DNA from: a virus
Taxonomy: Duplodnaviria; Caudoviricetes
IMG/VR virus record: IMGVR_UViG_3300008116_000247
Coordinates: 1 to 25,814 of that record
DNA: 25,814 nucleotides
Strand: one strand, 5' to 3'
Shown: one piece after another, positions 17,402-25,555 of the stretch
Layout: each line of letters starts with the position of its first letter
How positions within the stretch are numbered: position 1 is the first letter of the stretch
Program-made: the position numbers and the translations under genes
Notes under the pieces: model-generated
Database searches by the model: none
What the model was told of the DNA's origin: nothing
What the model saw: only the letters and a program-made list of their open reading frames with translations

Positions 17402-18333
17402 TGCTAAAAGGCACATATGTATTTTACGAAGACGGTAAAGAGATTTACAGGTCTGAAAATGTTATAACTAAATTTGGCAAAAGATTTTTAACAAACTTTG
17501 TGGCGGGCAATGTATTCGGATTTAGCAAAGATATGGCATTTGGCATAGACTCTACAGCAGCTACTCAAAATGACACTAGGCTTGGTTTTGAATTCTACAG
17601 GACTCCAGTATTATTTGGAACGCCAGATATACAAACTGTAAACAATTCTACATCATATTCTGTAGTATATAAGACAACAATCTCACAGGATATTGTTGGA
17701 GAAATATATGAGGTTGGTATATATCCATCAACAAGGTCTTCGATAAATGATTTTGACAATAAATACATATCAGATTTTGATGATGCATTAGACTGGGAAG
17801 ACTCTTCTGGGAACAACCCATCAATTGTAAATACTAACTATAGAATTGGCGGCAACCTTCTAAGAATGTATGCTACATCGGCGGCACCAAGAGAATATAA
17901 GTCAAACATTAATTCATTAGATCTTTCTGGCTATAGTACATTAGATACTATTAAGCTAGCGTATTATAGAGAAGATGCTAATCTGTCTAGTATTAAAATT
18001 AGATTGTATAGTGATCCAACCAGGTACTACGAGGCTACAGTTATACCAACTTCTGGGAATGGATACAAGATAACTGCCGATATTCCATTGTCGACATTCT
18101 TTTCTGGTTCTACCAGCCCAGGTCCAGATGTTACAAACATAAACCAGATTGGAATAATTGTTGCTGCTTCTGCTGGAACAACATATGTTGGCATGGATGG
18201 CTTAAGAATAAATGATGAGGATACTTTCGATCCTACATTTGGGATGATTAGTAGATCTGTTTTGGCTGTACCTCTTTCAAAAGTTTCTGGGCGGCAGGTA
18301 GACGTAGAGTATAGACTGAACTTAGGATTCTAA
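17401..18333 (+). CDS. Minor tail protein, tail-collar/baseplate-like with inserted carbohydrate-binding-like domain
   Basis: ENVITKFGKRFL..MAFG..TAATQNDTRLGFEFYR..IYEVGIY N-part and ISRSVL..PLSK..QVDVEYRL C-part flank a beta-sandwich-like insert (ISDFDD..W...LDLSGY...VGMDGLRIND). Confidence 0.62.
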   Translation: MLKGTYVFYEDGKEIYRSENVITKFGKRFLTNFVAGNVFGFSKDMAFGIDSTAATQNDTRLGFEFYRTPVLFGTPDIQTVNNSTSYSVVYKTTISQDIVGEIYEVGIYPSTRSSINDFDNKYISDFDDALDWEDSSGNNPSIVNTNYRIGGNLLRMYATSAAPREYKSNINSLDLSGYSTLDTIKLAYYREDANLSSIKIRLYSDPTRYYEATVIPTSGNGYKITADIPLSTFFSGSTSPGPDVTNINQIGIIVAASAGTTYVGMDGLRINDEDTFDPTFGMISRSVLAVPLSKVSGRQVDVEYRLNLGF

Positions 18334-18334
18334 T

Positions 18335-21199
18335 ATGAGCGGGCCATATCAAGATATACTAAAAGATTCAAGCGAATCATTTGAAAATGGAGATTACTTT
18401 TTAGTAACCATTTTAGATTTGGATCTTGGAACTCAATACCCATTAGAGTTTAGATGGAAATATAAAGATGGAACATTTGGTAAAGACTGGTCTGCCGTAA
18501 GGTATATTACGACTCCAGGCGGAACAGTTCCAGAAGAGCCTCAACTTCTTGTTACTGATGTAACAGCGGAACCTGGTATTATAAAAGTTACTTGGTCTGG
18601 TAAAGGTGCTTCTAATCAAAATCTACAAAATATAGATAGAGTAAATATTCATATTACTGGAACAAGTTTTGGAGACGGAACAAAGCCAGCTGGATTTTTT
18701 AAAGAGGCTGGAACTCAGACATTCTCAGTAGAAGCTGGTACATATTTTGTACAACTAAAATCAGTAACGGTTAACGGAGTAACGTCTTTCTTCAGCGAAT
18801 CAAGGACTGTAGTAGTACCAGCTATTGAAGAGCCTATCGAAGCTCCAGTAGCCCCAGTAGGATTTTCTGCAAGACCTGTTTTAAGCGGTATTGAAGTAAC
18901 ATGGAACGGTGCATACTCTGGCGGAGCAAGTTGGCTAGGATTTGAAGCTGTTAATATCTATGCTGGTACGTCAGCATCAGCCACAGGCGGGACATATATA
19001 AAAGTCGGTCAAATGACTGCTAATAAAACAGAAAACAAAATAATTATTCCTATAGACGGAACATATGTTAAATACGGCAGCGTTGCATATATTCATGCAA
19101 GCTCTTTAAATCGTGCAATACCACCAGTAGAGTCTTCTATATCTGCAAATGTTGCAAGCGCAACTCCAAGTCAAGTAGTAAATACAGATTTAATTAACGA
19201 GGTTGTTACGGCCACTAAAATTGCAACTGCAGCAATTACTGAAGTTAAAATTGATAATAACGCTATAACTGCTGCTAAGATTGCTACAGGAGCAATTACT
19301 GAAACTAAAATTGCCTCTGATGCGATTACTGCGCCTAAAATTGCAGCAGGTGCTATTGAGGCTGGTAAAATTGCTGCAGGAGCAATTACTGCAGATAAGA
19401 TTGCGGCAAATGCTATAGAAGCAGATAAAATTGCAGCAAATGCAATTACTGCTGTAAAGATACTTGCAGGATCAGTAACTACTGCAAAGCTAGACGCTTT
19501 AGCTATAACATCAGATAAGATTGCTGCCAATGCAATTATTGCTGGAAAAATCGATACCAATGCCATTACAGCAGATTTAATTAATTCTGGAACATTAAAA
19601 GCTACTACGTATATAAGAGTTGGAACTAAAAACTTGACTACTGGAGCTGGAGGCAGAATAGAAATATCTGGCTCTGCTGTAGAAGATGGAGCTTTTGATA
19701 TTCCAGCAGGATTGTACATATATAATTCAGCAGGAACTGCAGTTTTATCAGCGCCATTAGGTGGTGGTTTATCTGTAACTGGTTCTTTAACTGCTACATC
19801 TATATCTACATCTTCTGGAAGATTTACTGTAGGCGCTACTGGAATTATGAATGCACAAGACGCAACATTTTCTGGAACAATAACTGCAAGTGGAGGATCA
19901 ATAGGAGGAATAAGAATATTTGCTTCCTCTATTCAAAACAATACAGATGAAGCTGCATCTACATTTAAGTTAGATAATAGCGGTAGAGCACGTTTTGGAG
20001 CAACATCTGGTAATTCTATAATATTAAATCCTGTAAGCGGTACTGGAACCAATATTATATACCATTCAACTGACGGCGGAGCTACTGCATCTGGAAGCTT
20101 CTCGGTTACTGGAGGAGGCATTCTAACTGCGGTAGGAGGAAACTTCAGCGGAACAATTACAAATGGTACTGATTTTTGGAATGCAAACAATACATTTAGA
20201 TTAGGCGGAGCAAATGGAATCAATAAAGCTTCAGCAACATCTAATGCAATAACAATCGGATCAGATGTAACTATTAGCGGAGACCTGACAGCAAAATCTA
20301 TAAACATAGATACAAATAATTATTGGAATAATACAGGAAATGCTGGCAAATTTAGAGTTGGCGGAAGTACAAAATATGTTTATTGGGATGGGTCTACAAT
20401 AGACATTAACGGTAAAGTGACTGCAGATTCTGGACAAATAGGACCTTGGGTCATTAATAATGCTGGATACCTCTCAGATTCTGGGGGAACAGTTAGATTG
20501 TTGCCAAGCGGAACAATAGGTTCACAAGTATATACACTTTTAACAAACAGAGCTTTACTAGCAAATTCTATTACTCTTGGAGCAATTGCAGAAACTGGTG
20601 GACCAAACACTGGAGAAATGTATATTGCTGGTTCAAGTGCACCTTCTGGATTTGCATTAAATGTTTCTGGGTCCTGTCAAATAGGTGCACAAACACAAAT
20701 TTATAATGATGGATACGTTAGTTTTAGAGGCGGAAGCATAAGTATAAATGGATCTTTAAGCTTTGGCGTTCCTGCAAATGGATTATTTGAATTTTTAAAT
20801 ACCTCTGGCAACGTAAGAGTAGCTTCTACATATTCAAATAGCGTAAGCGGCAGAACTATGATTATATCGAATACTGGACTTTTCGGTACAGCAGCTTCTA
20901 CAATAAGAAAAAAGCATGAGGTAGAAGATTATGCGATAAATGAAGATGCCTTGTTGTCATTAGAATTAAAAACATTTAAATATAAGCCACAATATGATGA
21001 ACTCCAAGAAAATCAATACGGGTTTATTGCAGAAGAAGCGGAAGCCTTAGGGTTGGCTGAGCTTATACAATACGACAAAGATGGTCTTGTAGATTATTTC
21101 GATTACTCCAGATTACCAGTATTTTTATTTCAAATTATCAAAAATCAAAGACAAAAGATTAATGATATAGAAACAAGACTTGACGCCCTTGAAGGATAA
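18335..21199 (+). CDS. Tail fibre / receptor-binding protein with C-terminal peptidase S74 intramolecular chaperone
   Basis: N-terminal FN3-like domains, 13 decapeptide repeats and a Gly/Ser/Thr-rich beta region. C-terminus reads STIRKK..FKYK..YGFIAEE..DYSRL..coiled coil. Confidence 0.85.
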   Translation: MSGPYQDILKDSSESFENGDYFLVTILDLDLGTQYPLEFRWKYKDGTFGKDWSAVRYITTPGGTVPEEPQLLVTDVTAEPGIIKVTWSGKGASNQNLQNIDRVNIHITGTSFGDGTKPAGFFKEAGTQTFSVEAGTYFVQLKSVTVNGVTSFFSESRTVVVPAIEEPIEAPVAPVGFSARPVLSGIEVTWNGAYSGGASWLGFEAVNIYAGTSASATGGTYIKVGQMTANKTENKIIIPIDGTYVKYGSVAYIHASSLNRAIPPVESSISANVASATPSQVVNTDLINEVVTATKIATAAITEVKIDNNAITAAKIATGAITETKIASDAITAPKIAAGAIEAGKIAAGAITADKIAANAIEADKIAANAITAVKILAGSVTTAKLDALAITSDKIAANAIIAGKIDTNAITADLINSGTLKATTYIRVGTKNLTTGAGGRIEISGSAVEDGAFDIPAGLYIYNSAGTAVLSAPLGGGLSVTGSLTATSISTSSGRFTVGATGIMNAQDATFSGTITASGGSIGGIRIFASSIQNNTDEAASTFKLDNSGRARFGATSGNSIILNPVSGTGTNIIYHSTDGGATASGSFSVTGGGILTAVGGNFSGTITNGTDFWNANNTFRLGGANGINKASATSNAITIGSDVTISGDLTAKSINIDTNNYWNNTGNAGKFRVGGSTKYVYWDGSTIDINGKVTADSGQIGPWVINNAGYLSDSGGTVRLLPSGTIGSQVYTLLTNRALLANSITLGAIAETGGPNTGEMYIAGSSAPSGFALNVSGSCQIGAQTQIYNDGYVSFRGGSISINGSLSFGVPANGLFEFLNTSGNVRVASTYSNSVSGRTMIISNTGLFGTAASTIRKKHEVEDYAINEDALLSLELKTFKYKPQYDELQENQYGFIAEEAEALGLAELIQYDKDGLVDYFDYSRLPVFLFQIIKNQRQKINDIETRLDALEG
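19196..19585 (+). repeat. 13 degenerate 30-nt (10-aa) coding tandem repeats, consensus ANAITADKIA
   Basis: Runs from NEVVTATKIA/TAAITEVKID/NNAITAAKIA through to TNAITADLIN (aa 288-417 of the fibre). Confidence 0.9.
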
Positions 21200-21208
21200 T
21201 GGTATCCT
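21180..21208 (+). promoter_or_regulatory. sigma70-type promoter overlapping end of tail fibre gene
   Basis: TTGACG (21180-21185), 17 bp, TATCCT (21203-21208), with TG at 21200-21201. Confidence 0.55.
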
Positions 21209-21234
21209 TTAACTCTACCCAAAAGGAGAAACAA

Positions 21235-21396
21235 ATGGCTGATAAAGCTGAACTAGTAATCACCGCCCTGCAACAGCGCATTGGCGAAATCGTATCAAAC
21301 TATGAAACTCAAGTTGCAATTCTACGTGCAGAAATTACAAAGCTCATGGAGCAGAGTGAAGCTAAAGAAGAAACAGCAACAGTCGTTAATAATTAG
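21235..21396 (+). CDS. Small coiled-coil protein (53 aa), possible fibre chaperone
   Basis: AAGGAG RBS before ATG 21235 is better than the start at 21199. ELVITALQQRIGEIVSNYETQVAILRAEITKL shows heptads. Confidence 0.72.
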   Translation: MADKAELVITALQQRIGEIVSNYETQVAILRAEITKLMEQSEAKEETATVVNN

Positions 21397-21751
21397 TCCT
21401 ACTGTAATCCCATCTGGCCTTGCCGTCAAAACCGACAAGGCCAGTTATTGGGTTAAGGACAATAAACGATATAAGCTTATATCTGACCGTGCCGCTAAAT
21501 CATGGGCATTTACAACTGTAAACGCTACAGAGCAGGCTATTGCTTCTATGAAGATAGTTGGCAAGCTGGGCTTCCGTGATGGGACTTTGATAAAGAACAT
21601 AGCGGATGGTAAAATGTATTTAATATCGCAAAACAAAAAGCGACATATTGTTGACCCAGATTCGTTTGACAAGTATGGCCTGAATAGAAATTCAGTCATA
21701 GAGGTAAGCGAGGCGGAAGCAAATATGCATGAAATAGGAGAAGACTTATGA
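21356..21751 (+). CDS. Hypothetical protein with two tandem ~60-aa repeats (start uncertain)
   Basis: SGLAVKT..YWVKDNKRYKLIS and DGTLIKN..MYLISQNKKRHIVD repeats. GTG 21356 after GGAG minimises the overlap, but 21281 or 21302 are also possible starts. Confidence 0.62.
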   Translation: MKLKKKQQQSLIISPTVIPSGLAVKTDKASYWVKDNKRYKLISDRAAKSWAFTTVNATEQAIASMKIVGKLGFRDGTLIKNIADGKMYLISQNKKRHIVDPDSFDKYGLNRNSVIEVSEAEANMHEIGEDL

Positions 21752-22185
21752 CACTACCATATGATCCCAATGTAATATTTAACCCAGGGGCTCCTATTAA
21801 CCTTGATCAATTACGTAAGCTTCAAAATAATATTGCGGCGGTAAAGCTAGAGTCTGATAACAAGATTCAGAATGCCACATTAAGCATTGAGGGCGTACAA
21901 AAGTTTGTAAAAGTTAACCCAGTTATATTTGCTAAAACTGTTACTATATCAATTAATGCAAATAGAGGATACGATACAACCGATTTTGGCGGAACTGATT
22001 TTAGCGAAACCCCAATTATGGTAGCATCAATTTCCACAAATACTAGCCCTAATGATGGGGTTACTTTGAGAGCAACTGCTACCAGCAAAACTGGCGGGCA
22101 GATTGAAGTTTTTACAGCAGCTAAAAGTACTTTGAAAGAAATTAAAGTTAACTTTTTAGCTGTTCAGATGAAACAAGTAGAATAA
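21748..22185 (+). CDS. Small virion/tail protein with H-type-lectin/gp53-like C-terminal domain
   Basis: DFGGTDFSETPIMVASIS...TSKTGGQIEV...VNFLAV pattern. ATGA overlap and AGGAG RBS. Confidence 0.58.
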   Translation: MTLPYDPNVIFNPGAPINLDQLRKLQNNIAAVKLESDNKIQNATLSIEGVQKFVKVNPVIFAKTVTISINANRGYDTTDFGGTDFSETPIMVASISTNTSPNDGVTLRATATSKTGGQIEVFTAAKSTLKEIKVNFLAVQMKQVE

Positions 22186-22189
22186 CCTA

Positions 22190-22217
22190 TTGACAATATA
22201 AAACCAAATGCTACAAT
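22190..22217 (+). promoter_or_regulatory. Strong sigma70-type promoter of the replication module
   Basis: TTGACA (22190-22195), 16 bp, TACAAT (22212-22217), with TG at 22209-22210. Confidence 0.8.
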
Positions 22218-22247
22218 TCGTAGCATATAAGTTGCTGTTTGCAACTT
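22208..22247. repeat. Two tandem 7-5-7 inverted repeats (candidate operators)
   Basis: ATGCTAC-aattc-GTAGCAT (22208-22226) and AAGTTGC-tgttt-GCAACTT (22229-22247). Confidence 0.75.
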
Positions 22248-22266
22248 TCTATAAGTAAGGATTTAA

Positions 22267-23067
22267 ATGACAAACGATCTTAAGTGGATGCTATCGTCAG
22301 ATCAGCAGTTCCCATATCAAGACGACAAGATGATTGAGCTATGGTTTAAAGTTATGAAATGGTTTAAGCCAGATGTAGTAGACTATCTTGGAGACACAGA
22401 TGATCAGGCATGCTATAGCAAGTATACAGAAGGACGTTCAGCAGAATTCCTTAATTTGCATAAGACTGATAGTAAAGATTTGATTGTTCCTATGATGCGA
22501 CATGAAGCAAAAGGCGCAAGAGATTTTTATGCAAAGACTCGTGATATGTTGCCAGACGCACAGCTATTCTCAGCCTTAGGAAATCACGATGTTAGAATTT
22601 TTAATTATGTAGACGCAAAGCTTCCAGACTACATTAGCGAAGTTACCCCAGAAGCTTTATGGTCTTTAGATTCTTTAGGTTATGAATATATCTACTATGA
22701 TTCTTTGCCCAAGCGCAGATTCGGAGATATACATGTTCATCATGGTATTTCAATCTCTGCAACTGGTTCTGTAAGAAAAGACATGGAAGATATGCAGGTT
22801 TCCATCATCCGTGGACATTCACATAGAATTGCATCTCATATGGTAACTTATGAATTGCGTAACGGCGGAGAAGGAGAAACTCTTCGTGGATACGAAATTG
22901 GTCACATGTGTGATGAAAAGGGTCCAGGCATGAAGTATACACAGCATCACGATTGGCAAAAGGGATTTGCTATTGCACATATTGTAAATGATTACCCTCA
23001 TATTCAAATGATCCACGTAGCCCCAGACTACTCATGTGTTGTAGATGGCAAGGTGTTTAAGTTATGA
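22267..23067 (+). CDS. Calcineurin-like metallophosphoesterase
   Basis: SDQQ (motif I variant), LGDTDD, GNHD, HHG and GHSH metal-binding motifs occur in canonical order. Confidence 0.88.
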   Translation: MTNDLKWMLSSDQQFPYQDDKMIELWFKVMKWFKPDVVDYLGDTDDQACYSKYTEGRSAEFLNLHKTDSKDLIVPMMRHEAKGARDFYAKTRDMLPDAQLFSALGNHDVRIFNYVDAKLPDYISEVTPEALWSLDSLGYEYIYYDSLPKRRFGDIHVHHGISISATGSVRKDMEDMQVSIIRGHSHRIASHMVTYELRNGGEGETLRGYEIGHMCDEKGPGMKYTQHHDWQKGFAIAHIVNDYPHIQMIHVAPDYSCVVDGKVFKL

Positions 23068-23252
23068 TGCATTGTAAGAAGTGTGGCGGGAGAGTATTTG
23101 TAGATAGAGTATTTTCTCAAAAGTTGCATATAGAACTTTTCTGCATATTGTGTGGTAAGAGATGGATGCTAAACAAGGATAGAAACGCATTAGGACGATG
23201 GCTAGAACAAAAAGAGTTCAACCAGCTAAAAGACTACTCTATTTTTTCTTAG
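23064..23252 (+). CDS. Small C4 zinc-ribbon protein
   Basis: CKKCGGRVF...FCILCGKRW; ATGA overlap with the phosphoesterase gene. Confidence 0.8.
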   Translation: MMHCKKCGGRVFVDRVFSQKLHIELFCILCGKRWMLNKDRNALGRWLEQKEFNQLKDYSIFS

Positions 23253-23686
23253 ACGGAAAAATACACAAGACGTTGCGTATATCTCGTGCTAGAGATGAAA
23301 TAACGGCTTGGTGTTATCCAGATAGGCGTAGAGTTATGTATAGTTATACTCTTGTAAAAAAGAATATGAAGAAGGCCTATAGTATAAAAGAGGTTGGCTT
23401 ATTCTTAAATAGACATAAGGTGACTGTAGAGAATTATATTTTAGATGGTAAAATTCAACAGCCAGATAAAATATATCCAATTGGTAATCCTGATAATCCT
23501 GGATGGACAAAGTATATGCTGTCAGAAGAAGATATTCTGAAAATACATCAGTTTATTTTAGATGATGGATATACAACAGATTTTCCATCCCGCTCAGAAT
23601 TATTAGCTCTTCTCAGACACGATACAATATTGTATACTAAGACTACAGACGGGAGATTCGTTCCAGTGTGGAAGGCGGAAGAATGA
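23198..23686 (+). CDS. Helix-turn-helix DNA-binding protein (MerR/Xis-like wHTH)
   Basis: AYSIKEVGLFLNRHKVTVENYILDGKIQQP...YMLSEEDILKI. Confidence 0.75.
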   Translation: MARTKRVQPAKRLLYFFLDGKIHKTLRISRARDEITAWCYPDRRRVMYSYTLVKKNMKKAYSIKEVGLFLNRHKVTVENYILDGKIQQPDKIYPIGNPDNPGWTKYMLSEEDILKIHQFILDDGYTTDFPSRSELLALLRHDTILYTKTTDGRFVPVWKAEE

Positions 23687-23802
23687 CAGGTAAAGTTGTT
23701 GTTTGTCCAGTTTGTAAAAAAGAGACGGAAGTACGGTGGGGAATATTCGCACACGATACTCTAAGCAGGCATATGAAGGAGCACGGTGATGTCAGAGACT
23801 AA
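23683..23802 (+). CDS. 39-aa C2H2 zinc-finger microprotein (not in ORF track)
   Basis: MTGKVVVCPVCKKETEVRWGIFAHDTLSRHMKEHGDVRD*. Starts in an ATGA overlap with the upstream stop and fills the gap exactly. Confidence 0.78.
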   Translation: MTGKVVVCPVCKKETEVRWGIFAHDTLSRHMKEHGDVRD

Positions 23803-23998
23803 AGTAAAAATAGATCTATCATTTACTAGAAATCTTGGTAACTATGAAAGTATCAAGATTGGTATAGGCGTAGAGGATATTGTTCGTAGCGGGGAAAACG
23901 TAGACTCAGCTACAGAGCGTGTATATAAGTTTGTTGAGGATAAGCTTATCCAAAAGACTCGTGAAGTGGAAGAGGAATTAAGTGGCGGTAAAAAGTAA
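23789..23998 (+). CDS. Conserved phage hypothetical protein (TRNLGNYES motif)
   Basis: AAGGAG lies 7 nt before ATG 23789. I recall FTRNLGNYESIKI as a recurrent motif in small phage replication-region proteins. Confidence 0.72.
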   Translation: MSETKVKIDLSFTRNLGNYESIKIGIGVEDIVRSGENVDSATERVYKFVEDKLIQKTREVEEELSGGKK

Positions 23999-24305
23999 AG
24001 AGCCATATATACTCATATCTTTATACGAAACTTTGTATTTTGAGAAGTATAACAAGAAGCCACGCCTAAATAAATTTCGTGAGAAGTGGGCTATGCAAGA
24101 TGTCATAGATAGTGTAGGATATGATCGTGCCAAAGAACTATTGGAGTATTATTTCAAGACTAGCAAAAGTGGTCATCCTTTAACCTTTTTCTTTTATAAC
24201 TTTGACAAGATAGATCAATTGCAGGCAGAGATAGAGAAAGATAAAAAGAATAGAGAAAGACTTAGAGAGGCTACCAAAAGACTAGTGGAAGGCGGAGAAG
24301 AATGA
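23982..24305 (+). CDS. Helical protein upstream of DnaB, possible helicase loader / DnaD-like
   Basis: GTG start with GAGGA RBS, all-alpha pattern, ATGA-coupled to the helicase. Function is inferred from position. Confidence 0.55.
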   Translation: MAVKSKEPYILISLYETLYFEKYNKKPRLNKFREKWAMQDVIDSVGYDRAKELLEYYFKTSKSGHPLTFFFYNFDKIDQLQAEIEKDKKNRERLREATKRLVEGGEE

Positions 24306-25555
24306 ATATAGAGGCAAAGGTAATCACGTCAGTATGTCAGAATAAGGACATAAGCACTTTGCTCACAGCTAATGTTGATGAGCTATTTACTGCATATCGT
24401 GACGTATGGGAAAGCCTAAAGACATATTACTATAAGTTCAAGGCTGTTCCTGAGGTTGGCATTCTTATGGAGCGACATAAAGACTTTGAGCCAGTTGCAG
24501 ATGTTAAAGCAGAAACTGGTTATTATTTAGATCAATTAAAGAATGAGTATATCTCTAGCAGATTGAAGTCTATCATCTTGCAGGCTGGAGCTTCCCTAAA
24601 AGAAGATTCTGCTTCAAGAGTGCTTGCTGATATTCAAGGAAAGCTTGCAGGTTTAAGCAGGCATACAAATAATGTCCGTGATATTGATGTTACTGATTTA
24701 GAGGCAGCCGAAAGACATTTCCAGTCTGTAAAGGAAAGATCAGCTGCTATGGGCGGAGCCCCAGGTATTCTAACTGGCTTTGAGGCTATCGATAAAGCAT
24801 ACCCTACTGGAATGGCACCAGGACATTTAATTGTTGCTATTGGATGGCCAGGTCGTGGTAAGACTTGGTTTACTTCATATCTTGCATGTAAGGCATGGGA
24901 GCAAGGCTTTAAGCCAATGATCGTATCTCTTGAGATGTCTCCAGAAAATATGCGTGACCGTATCTATACAATGCTAGGTTCTGGTTTGTTTAAGGCAAGC
25001 GACTTCTCCAAGGGAGATGTTAACATTGATGACTTTAGGTCATGGGGTAAAAAGAAGTTTGATGGAAAGAATAGTTTTGTTCTTATATCTAATGAAGGTG
25101 CTGCAGAAGTAAGTCCAGCCACAATTCAAGGCAAGATCGACCAGCATAAGCCAGACTTAGTTATCCTAGATTACCACCAGCTATTTAATGATAATAAGCG
25201 TAGCAATTCAGAAGTAGAGCGAAATAGAAATATCTCTCGTGAGTTCAAGATGCTTGCTGTGTCAAACAATATTCCTATTATTGATATTACAGCTGCGACG
25301 GCAGATGATGTATCAGATCAAGATGAGCCACCAATGATGAGTCAAGTGGCATGGTCTAAGGCTATTGAGTATGATGCAGACATGGCTATGGCAATTCATA
25401 GATATCCAGGAACCAATATGATTGAAGTAGTAAGCAGAAAAAATAGACATGGACACGAGTTCGACTTCTATTTAGATTGGGATATCAACAGGGGTATCAT
25501 CAAGCCTATTTATGAGAATATGCCAGACTTTAAGAATGACTCATCGTCAAATTAA
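24302..25555 (+). CDS. dnaB: DnaB-like replicative helicase (SF4)
   Basis: Walker A GWPGRGKT, SLEM, Walker B VILDY, IEYDAD and KNRHG arginine-finger motif. Confidence 0.93.
   Translation: MNIEAKVITSVCQNKDISTLLTANVDELFTAYRDVWESLKTYYYKFKAVPEVGILMERHKDFEPVADVKAETGYYLDQLKNEYISSRLKSIILQAGASLKEDSASRVLADIQGKLAGLSRHTNNVRDIDVTDLEAAERHFQSVKERSAAMGGAPGILTGFEAIDKAYPTGMAPGHLIVAIGWPGRGKTWFTSYLACKAWEQGFKPMIVSLEMSPENMRDRIYTMLGSGLFKASDFSKGDVNIDDFRSWGKKKFDGKNSFVLISNEGAAEVSPATIQGKIDQHKPDLVILDYHQLFNDNKRSNSEVERNRNISREFKMLAVSNNIPIIDITAATADDVSDQDEPPMMSQVAWSKAIEYDADMAMAIHRYPGTNMIEVVSRKNRHGHEFDFYLDWDINRGIIKPIYENMPDFKNDSSSN

Noticed and set aside
19196-19585. 30-nt periodic repeats as a CRISPR array
   Set aside because: There are no spacers. 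The units are in-frame, degenerate at third codon positions and encode a peptide repeat.
21199-21234. ORF-track start at 21199 for the small coiled-coil gene
   Set aside because: A promoter -10 and a strong AAGGAG RBS lie inside this stretch and point to ATG 21235.
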